Positions 54,371 to 60,006 of a stretch of 60,006 nt of DNA are shown here, piece after piece (positions within the stretch are counted from its first letter, which is position 1; each line of letters begins with the position of its first letter). The translations under genes and the position numbers were made by a program. A model generated the notes under the pieces. That model saw nothing but the letters and a program-made list of their open reading frames with translations. It was not told where the DNA came from and did no database searches. The stretch comes from Eubacteriales bacterium. Its GTDB lineage: Bacteria; Bacillota; Clostridia; Oscillospirales; CAG-272. Location: positions 1 to 60,006 of the forward strand of contig JAZRGJ010000224.1 in NCBI GenBank assembly GCA_045644125.1, given 5' to 3'.

Positions 54371-54730
54371 ATGAAACGAGGATTCAATGCGCTTATTTTA
54401 AAACTCATCGCCCTCTTTCTTTCAACGGCGCTACCGGCTCTGGCAACTCTTTCTTATTTTCCCGTTTTCAAAAAGGGCGGAGCTGCGACTGCGCTTTCGG
54501 GAATGGCGCTTCTTTTACTTCTCGTTTCCATCACTCCGCTTATAAGACTTTTCAAAAGATTTTTCGCCTCGCCGAGCGCTACGGGCGTTTGGTGCTTTAT
54601 ATTCGTCGTCTTTTTTGCGCTATCTAAAATTGCGGAAGAGATGGTTGCAATATCCCTCGTAGGATTTCTCGGCAACCTTGCGGCTTCATTCATCTGGCGA
54701 ATTTCGGAAAGAGGGCCAAATGAAGAATAA
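54371..54730 (+). CDS. Small 3-TM membrane protein (holin-like or ejection-protein-like)
   Basis: 119 aa with three hydrophobic helices and a charged C terminus (ERGPNEE). Confidence 0.45.
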   Translation: MKRGFNALILKLIALFLSTALPALATLSYFPVFKKGGAATALSGMALLLLLVSITPLIRLFKRFFASPSATGVWCFIFVVFFALSKIAEEMVAISLVGFLGNLAASFIWRISERGPNEE

Positions 54731-55550
54731 TTTTGATTCGGCAATTTTGGATTCGGGCGATTTTATAAGGCGCACGGGACTTGCCATCGTAAACAACGCC
54801 GGCCGAGCCGTAACGCTAATCACGCTTCTCGTCGTGTCGCTCGTCACCTTTACCGACTTATCCTTTGCGGGATTCGGAGCGAAAAATTTCACGGCTCTCG
54901 TTATGATAATGCTCGTCGCCTCTTATCTCATATATTTTTCAATGGAGGATACCGGCGAAAAGGCGGGCGAGGATAGCGAGGAATTCAAGGCCGCGCTTAA
55001 AAAGTACTCGCTTGCAAGAGAGAAAATTTCAGCTGACAGGGTGCAATCTCTCCGAGAATTTTGCAAGGAATATTCAAGAGCGGAGCTTGAATACAGACGA
55101 GAGAATCTCATCATGAGCTACGGCGAGAGCATGGAGGATTTTCAGCGATTCAAGGACGGCGGGTGTGAGTTTTCCGAGCGAAAGGCGAAAATTTTCAAAA
55201 AGGCGCTGAGGCTTCGGGCGGTTGAGCTTTCTCCGAAAACGCTTCTTTCAAAGGAGCACACGAAATCAAGAAGCGAGCTTGCAAACCCCGAAATTTTCAA
55301 GCTCTTAAGGCTCGCCTTAAAGCTTATACCCACAACGCTTTGTATGCTTTTAACGATAAGCATTATTCCGAGCGTGAAGAGCGGCATGAGCTTTTCCGCC
55401 GTGGTTGAGGGCATCTTAAAGCTTTCAAGCCTTCCCGTTATCGCATTCAGAGGCTACAGCGCAGGATATTTTTACGCAAGACGCTCAAAATGCCTTTGGA
55501 TAGAAACGAAAACGAGGCTGCTTGAAGCGTTTATAAAAGAAAGCGCATAG
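54720..55550 (+). CDS. 4-TM membrane protein (276 aa)
   Basis: ATG at 54720 (AGAGGG RBS), overlapping the previous gene. Two N-terminal and two C-terminal TM helices flank a charged helical domain. Confidence 0.5.
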   Translation: MKNNFDSAILDSGDFIRRTGLAIVNNAGRAVTLITLLVVSLVTFTDLSFAGFGAKNFTALVMIMLVASYLIYFSMEDTGEKAGEDSEEFKAALKKYSLAREKISADRVQSLREFCKEYSRAELEYRRENLIMSYGESMEDFQRFKDGGCEFSERKAKIFKKALRLRAVELSPKTLLSKEHTKSRSELANPEIFKLLRLALKLIPTTLCMLLTISIIPSVKSGMSFSAVVEGILKLSSLPVIAFRGYSAGYFYARRSKCLWIETKTRLLEAFIKESA

Positions 55551-55557
55551 CTTTCTT

Positions 55558-55587
55558 GAGGGCTGTCGAAAGGCGGCCCTCTTTTTT
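55558..55587 (+). terminator. Strong intrinsic terminator closing the phage-like cassette
   Basis: GAGGGCTGTC-GAAA-GGCGGCCCTC (10-bp stem including 2 G-U pairs, GNRA loop) followed by TTTTTT. Confidence 0.85.
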
Positions 55588-55607
55588 GACAATAAGCCAC
55601 CCTTTTA

Positions 55608-55636
55608 TTGACTTTAAGAGATAATTATGATAAAAT
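55608..55636 (+). promoter_or_regulatory. Sigma-70 promoter of the helicase gene
   Basis: TTGACT-17 nt-TAAAAT, 30 nt upstream of the ATG at 55666. Confidence 0.6.
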
Positions 55637-55665
55637 AAATTTATCAAAAACGAAAGGTGTGCCCG

Positions 55666-58062
55666 ATGAAATATCTTGCCGAAGAAAACACAGTTAAAAT
55701 TGGCGTAAAAGAATTCGTGTCTATCGCAAGGCGCGCCTTTTCACCCATTTCCCCGAGCGACGAAAACGAGCCCGCCCTCACCGAGCCGTCGAGGATCTCA
55801 TTCAAGCTTTTGGGCGTTGATCCCTCGAAGCGCAAGGACATTACTTGCGATTTTACGCTTGGCTCTGTCTCAGCGCGCCTTTTTGGCGAAATTTTGGTCG
55901 ATAACGACACCCGTGTCACTTTAATTTACGAAACGAGCGGCAATCCACACAAGCTCTCACGTGAAGAAATCGCTGAAGCGAGGGGCGAAGCTTATATTTT
56001 AGCCTATATGCTGAAACGCGCCGCAGGACTAAATTCCGTTTTAACGAGGACGCTTTTCGTAAGCTCCTATAACGGCGACTTTTCCGAGCATAAAGAAGAA
56101 ATAGACGAAGCTCGACTTGACGCTTTTTTTGAAAAATGCAAGAAAACTCTTGAGATATACGCAATCCCGGAAATCGAGCGTGTCAAGGAGCGCTTGCCCT
56201 CTTTGAAAAACTTGAAATTCCCATTTCCCCACGTGCGCGAGGGGCAAAACGACTTCATAAAAGCGGTCTATAAATCCATCTCACGCTCGTCAAGGCTTTA
56301 CGCATCAGCCCCCACCGGCACGGGAAAAACCGTTTCCGCAATTTACCCCGCGCTTCTTGCGTTAGGCCGTGAAAAATGCGATAAGGTTTTCTATTTCACG
56401 CCCAAGGCGACCACCGCATTTGCGGTCCACGATTGCCTTAAGCTTTTTGAATCTCAGGGCGCAAAGTGCCGAGCCGTGTCACTTTATTCAAAGGAAAAGC
56501 TCTGCAAATCAGGTCTTCTTTGCCGTGACGACAGGGATCTTTGCAAAAACGCAAAATGCAATAATATTTCCACCGCTTTAATAGCGCTTTATAAGAAAAA
56601 CATAAGCGTTGTAAAGAGCGAGGATATTAACGAGGTGGCAAAGGAATTTTCCGTTTGCCCGCACGAGCTTGCCCTATCGTATTCCGAGCTTTGCGACGTG
56701 GTTATTCTCGACCTGAACTATCTTTTCGCCCCAAAGGTTTATATAAGGCGCTACTTCACCGAGGGCGGAAACTTCGCTTTTCTTATAGACGAAGCGCACA
56801 ATTTGCCCGAAAGAGCGCGTGAGATGTTCTCCGCCGAAATATCGGAGGACGAGCTTTTATCCCCCGAAAACGAAGATATGCTTGGGGTGTTTTCGGAAAC
56901 GAAAAGCCTCGCACCAAAGCTTTCTGCGTCATTCAGAGATGCGCTCTACCCTTACTTAAAGGACGAAATACGCACGAATATCGACGGCATAGACGAGGCC
57001 GCCGCTCATCTTAAAGAGCTCCCCTCAAAGCTTTTTCCGATTTTCGAAAAGGCGCTTCTCACCCTCGACGGAGAAATAAGCTCAAACCTCCGCGCAAGCG
57101 ACGAAGAAAAAAAGCCTCGCCTTAAATTCTTGCGTGAATACAACTCAAAGCTTTCACGCTTTTACGACACGATGAATCGCTTCGACTCCTCTTACGAGAT
57201 GTTCATATTTCTTGAAAACGGAAAGATACGGGCGAAGCTTTTTGCGCTTGATCCCGGCCCGAGAATTGCCGAAAGGCTTGATCTTGGGCGCTCCGCCGTC
57301 TTTTTCTCGGGAACTTTATCTCCGCTTCACTATTACAAATCAACCCTCGGCGGCGACGGAAGCTCAGACACGCTTTCGGTTGATTCACCGTTTGACAACG
57401 GCCAGCTTGCCGCCGCAATCGTTGACAGCGTAAGCACGAGATTTTCCGAAAGAGAGGACACGCTTCTCGCCGTTGCGAGAGTTATTGCGGCAACGGTTTC
57501 CGCAAAGCGAGGAAACTATATGATATTCTCCCCCTCCTTTGCCTACTCCGAGGCGCTTTTCAACGCTTTTTCCTCAAAATATCCTAAAATACACAGCATT
57601 TTGCAAAAAAAGGATATGACGGGAGCAGAAAAAAACGCCTTTCTTGAAGAATTTTCCAAGAAAGACTCGTCGTATCTTATAGGATTTTGCGTTATGGGCG
57701 GCATCTATTCCGAGGGCGTTGACCTCGTCGGCGACAGTCTTATCGGCGCCGTAGTCGTAGGGCTCGGACTCCCCTCGCTCTCTTATGAAAGAGAGGCTAT
57801 TGCGGCGTATTACCAGGAAAAATACGAAGAGGGACGTGAATTCGCATATATTTATCCCGGAATGAACAGAGTCCTTCAAGCGGGCGGCAGAGTTATAAGA
57901 CGTGAGGACGACCGAGGTGTTATAGTTTTGGTTGACGACCGCTTCGACGACCCGATTTATAAAAAGCTCATACCGAAGCTCTGGCAAAAGGTTAAATTTA
58001 TCAAAGACCCGAAGCTTCTTCGTGAAGAGCTTGACAAATTCTGGGAAGAAACGAAAGCTTAA
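55666..58062 (+). CDS. XPD/DinG-family Fe-S DNA helicase with an N-terminal PD-(D/E)xK-like domain
   Basis: APTGTGKT (Walker A) and LIDEAHNL (DEAH box). The Cys cluster CKSGLLCRDDRDLCKNAKC...VCPHE indicates an Fe-S domain, and there is a C-terminal helicase motif VI region (QAGGRVIRREDDRGVIVLVDDRF). ATG at 55666 with an AAGGTG RBS. Confidence 0.8.
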   Translation: MKYLAEENTVKIGVKEFVSIARRAFSPISPSDENEPALTEPSRISFKLLGVDPSKRKDITCDFTLGSVSARLFGEILVDNDTRVTLIYETSGNPHKLSREEIAEARGEAYILAYMLKRAAGLNSVLTRTLFVSSYNGDFSEHKEEIDEARLDAFFEKCKKTLEIYAIPEIERVKERLPSLKNLKFPFPHVREGQNDFIKAVYKSISRSSRLYASAPTGTGKTVSAIYPALLALGREKCDKVFYFTPKATTAFAVHDCLKLFESQGAKCRAVSLYSKEKLCKSGLLCRDDRDLCKNAKCNNISTALIALYKKNISVVKSEDINEVAKEFSVCPHELALSYSELCDVVILDLNYLFAPKVYIRRYFTEGGNFAFLIDEAHNLPERAREMFSAEISEDELLSPENEDMLGVFSETKSLAPKLSASFRDALYPYLKDEIRTNIDGIDEAAAHLKELPSKLFPIFEKALLTLDGEISSNLRASDEEKKPRLKFLREYNSKLSRFYDTMNRFDSSYEMFIFLENGKIRAKLFALDPGPRIAERLDLGRSAVFFSGTLSPLHYYKSTLGGDGSSDTLSVDSPFDNGQLAAAIVDSVSTRFSEREDTLLAVARVIAATVSAKRGNYMIFSPSFAYSEALFNAFSSKYPKIHSILQKKDMTGAEKNAFLEEFSKKDSSYLIGFCVMGGIYSEGVDLVGDSLIGAVVVGLGLPSLSYEREAIAAYYQEKYEEGREFAYIYPGMNRVLQAGGRVIRREDDRGVIVLVDDRFDDPIYKKLIPKLWQKVKFIKDPKLLREELDKFWEETKA

Positions 58063-58074
58063 TATACAATAAAA

Positions 58075-58108
58075 AGCCGTGGCAAATCAAGTTCCCACGG
58101 CTTTTTTC
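58075..58108 (+). terminator. Intrinsic terminator of the helicase gene
   Basis: AGCCGTGG-N12-CCACGGCT followed by TTTTTCTTTT. It overlaps the last codons of the convergent 136-aa ORF. Confidence 0.8.
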
Positions 58109-58497
58109 TTTTCTGACATAATTCGCTTTAAAAATCTTTTTTCCCTAATCAAGTGCCCCGTTGATGCGTCAAACAAATCGGCGGCTTCACCGTAGCTTAT
58201 CTCTCCGTTTGGCAAGCGCAATTTATGCGCGCGGGTGACTAAAAGCGCCCCCTCCGTCATCTTTTCCTCCGCCGAAACGTAAACGCCAAAAGGGCGCTCG
58301 GGCTTTTTCATTTTCGAAGAAAGAGCTTCGCAGGCAGAAACGTAAGACTTGAACACCGCATCGTAAAACGCATTTATTCTTTCGGATATTTTGCTTTCGC
58401 CCTCCGAAAACGGAAGCTTCAGCTTTAAAATAAGGCAAGGCTTTCCCTCTTTAAAAAACGCCTTTACCCTTTGCTTATAAGTCAGTTTTATTTCCAT
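58087..58497 (-). CDS. Hypothetical protein (136 aa)
   Basis: An intact ORF whose ATG abuts the T-tract of the mtnN terminator, and no promoter was seen. It may be expressed only by read-through. Confidence 0.4.
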   Translation of the reverse strand: MEIKLTYKQRVKAFFKEGKPCLILKLKLPFSEGESKISERINAFYDAVFKSYVSACEALSSKMKKPERPFGVYVSAEEKMTEGALLVTRAHKLRLPNGEISYGEAADLFDASTGHLIREKRFLKRIMSEKKKAVGT

Positions 58498-58542
58498 AAA
58501 AAACCCCCTTCCGAAGCCTAGTTAAAGCTATTCGGAAAGGGG
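58498..58542 (-). terminator. Intrinsic terminator after mtnN
   Basis: The minus strand reads CCCCTTTCCGAA-N15-TTCGGAAGGGG (one bulge) followed by GTTTTTTT. Confidence 0.7.
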
Positions 58543-58553
58543 CGCTTTTATTC

Positions 58554-59246
58554 TTAATATTCTTCGATTAAAGCGAGGGTAAGATTTGCGGAATTTTCAG
58601 CCGCTATCGGCAAAAATTCCATATAGTCCATTGAAGAGGAATCGTCAGCGGAGTCGGAAATCGCCCTCACTACCGCAAAGGGCGTTTCGTTAACGAAAGC
58701 AACCTGCGCAATAGCCGCGCCCTCCATCTCGCAAACGTCTGCTCCGAACTCGGAAACTATAAAATCCTTATCGGATTTTTCGGCAATAAATTTATCGCCG
58801 GAGGCAACCGTGCCGAGCCTTGAATTTAAGGAAAGAGCCTTTGATTTTTCAAGAAGTATCTCGTTTGCGCGGCGGTCGGATTCAAAATAAATTTTGTTTA
58901 TTCCCGAAATAAGACCTTTAGGGTCGCCAAGAGGCGAGGTGTCCATATCGTGCTGCAAAAGCTTTTCCGCAATCACAACGTCAAGCGGGCGAAGTCCCTT
59001 TGAAAGCGCTCCGCCAACACCCGTATTCACGATGAGGCGGGGTGAGAATCTCGCAATCATAGCGCTTGCCGCCATTGCCGCAAAAACCTTACCGATTCCG
59101 CACTTTACAACGGCTATTTTCTTGCCGAATACCGTACCCGTGTTAAATTTTAAGCCGCAATATTCAACAGTTTCTCTGTTTTCAAGCATAGACGCAAGGC
59201 GCGCGACCTCAACATCCATAGCTCCGATAATGCCTATATCTACCAT
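58554..59246 (-). CDS. mtnN: 5'-methylthioadenosine/S-adenosylhomocysteine nucleosidase
   Basis: IGIIGAMDVEV, KCGIGKV, NTGVGGAL and EMEGAAIAQV are present. ATG at 59246 with a GGAG RBS inside the luxS end. Confidence 0.9.
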   Translation of the reverse strand: MVDIGIIGAMDVEVARLASMLENRETVEYCGLKFNTGTVFGKKIAVVKCGIGKVFAAMAASAMIARFSPRLIVNTGVGGALSKGLRPLDVVIAEKLLQHDMDTSPLGDPKGLISGINKIYFESDRRANEILLEKSKALSLNSRLGTVASGDKFIAEKSDKDFIVSEFGADVCEMEGAAIAQVAFVNETPFAVVRAISDSADDSSSMDYMEFLPIAAENSANLTLALIEEY

Positions 59247-59248
59247 TT

Positions 59249-59716
59249 TTACTCCGTTCTGTAACAAAAAGTCTGCTCGCGTGACGAAAGCGCTTTCAGA
59301 TAACGCTGCGCCTCGCGCTTTGCCGATTCAATATCAAGCTCAAGATAATTTCCGCACTCCTCACGGCTTTTTCCGAAAACGTCGCCCTCGTGGGCAATTA
59401 TTTTTTCAAGAGTTTCAAGAACGACCGACAAAACCTCGCCGTTATCGGCGTCTCTTACGAGAAGATAAAATCCCGTTCTGCAGCCCATAGGCCCGAAATA
59501 TATAACTCTTTCGCCAAGACTTGAATTTCTCACGTAGGTTGCGAACATATGCTCAACCGAGTGCATAGTCACGTTATCCATATAGTCGCCCATGTTCGGC
59601 TTTCTCGTTCTTAAATCGTAGCTCGTAACGTCGCCGTCGATTCGTGAAACGTAAATGCCCTCGTCAACGAAATCGTGGTTGACGGAAAACGACGCTATTC
59701 TTCTCACAGTTTCCAT
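59249..59716 (-). CDS. luxS: S-ribosylhomocysteine lyase
   Basis: SFSVNHDF...THSVEHMFATY (HxxEH metal site)...GPMGCRTGFY. ATG at 59716 with an AAAGGA RBS. Confidence 0.9.
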   Translation of the reverse strand: METVRRIASFSVNHDFVDEGIYVSRIDGDVTSYDLRTRKPNMGDYMDNVTMHSVEHMFATYVRNSSLGERVIYFGPMGCRTGFYLLVRDADNGEVLSVVLETLEKIIAHEGDVFGKSREECGNYLELDIESAKREAQRYLKALSSREQTFCYRTE

Positions 59717-59786
59717 TTTTATTCCTTTCGCCAAGGACGGAAAAACCGCCCGACACGTTAAATTCAAAATTACGCTATCTCGGAGA

Positions 59787-59814
59787 AATCCCCAAGGACG
59801 AGTCCTCGGGGATT
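59787..59814 (-). terminator. Hairpin downstream of glyQS (weak terminator)
   Basis: AATCCCCAAGGA-CGAG-TCCTCGGGGATT (11 paired positions, 1 mismatch). The U-tract on the minus strand is poor (TTCTCC). Confidence 0.4.
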
Positions 59815-59820
59815 CTTTAA

Positions 59821-60006
59821 TTAAAACTTCAAGCGTTCGGTAATGTAAGATTTAACCTCGGAAATAGGAATTCTTACCTGCTCCATAGAATCTCTGTCAC
59901 GAACGGTTACGCAGCCGTCGTTTTCGGTTTCAAAGTCGTAGGTAATACAGAAAGGAGTTCCGATTTCGTCCTCACGTCTGTATCTTTTACCGATAGAGCC
60001 GGTTTC
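59821..60006 (-). CDS. glyQS: Glycine--tRNA ligase, C-terminal fragment (gene continues beyond the window)
   Basis: The minus-strand translation ends ...[61 protein letters not shown]. This is the conserved anticodon-binding domain end of class II GlyRS. Confidence 0.85.
   Translation of the reverse strand, partial: ETGSIGKRYRREDEIGTPFCITYDFETENDGCVTVRDRDSMEQVRIPISEVKSYITERLKF

Larger units (their letters stand above)
42962..55550 (+). mobile_element. Phage-derived packaging/virion gene cassette (podovirus-like) lacking lysogeny, replication and lysis modules
   Basis: 15 co-directional, translationally coupled ORFs starting with terS/terL. It is bounded by the host promoter region at 42.6 kb and a strong terminator at 55558-55587. 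No integrase or tRNA is found at either edge. Confidence 0.65.

Overview
This 60-kb window looks like a Firmicutes/Clostridia-type chromosome. That guess rests on the rimP-nusA-ylxR-ylxQ-infB order, an ECF-type ThiT behind a TPP riboswitch, a type II PanK, lipoprotein signals and AGGAGG-type RBSs. Nearly all of it is coding. There are four blocks. (1) 1-8.8 kb holds thiamine salvage (TPP riboswitch-thiT, thiamine pyrophosphokinase), a YnbB-like PLP enzyme, a HAD nucleotidase and a 1580-aa BspA-type LRR surface lipoprotein. (2) 9-31.2 kb is an accessory glycan-type locus dominated by six paralogous beta-helix (pectin-lyase-fold) proteins. Five of them lack signal peptides and one is a lipoprotein. 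They are interleaved with a GH36-like enzyme, two large TIM-barrel-like proteins and a 1034-aa glycosidase-like protein. The window contains no sugar transporter. (3) 31.3-42.6 kb holds the infB operon plus an operon of a MutS-related ATPase, type II PanK, a CBS protein and a 970-aa tail-anchored protein carrying ten in-frame 39-bp repeats rich in His and Asp. (4) 42.6-55.6 kb is a compact, fully intact, one-strand phage-like cassette. It has terS, terL, a portal-size ORF, scaffold-like ORFs, a capsid-size ORF, adaptor/nozzle-like ORFs and three membrane proteins. It has no integrase, repressor, replication genes, long-tail genes or endolysin, and it is preceded by helically phased direct repeats. 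An XPD/DinG-type helicase, mtnN, luxS and the glyQS 3' end follow. No rRNA, tRNA, CRISPR array or transposase was seen. The two most interesting items are the orphan podovirus-like cassette (GTA-like, satellite or remnant) and the beta-helix paralog radiation. All family assignments come from motif recognition by eye; no searches were run.
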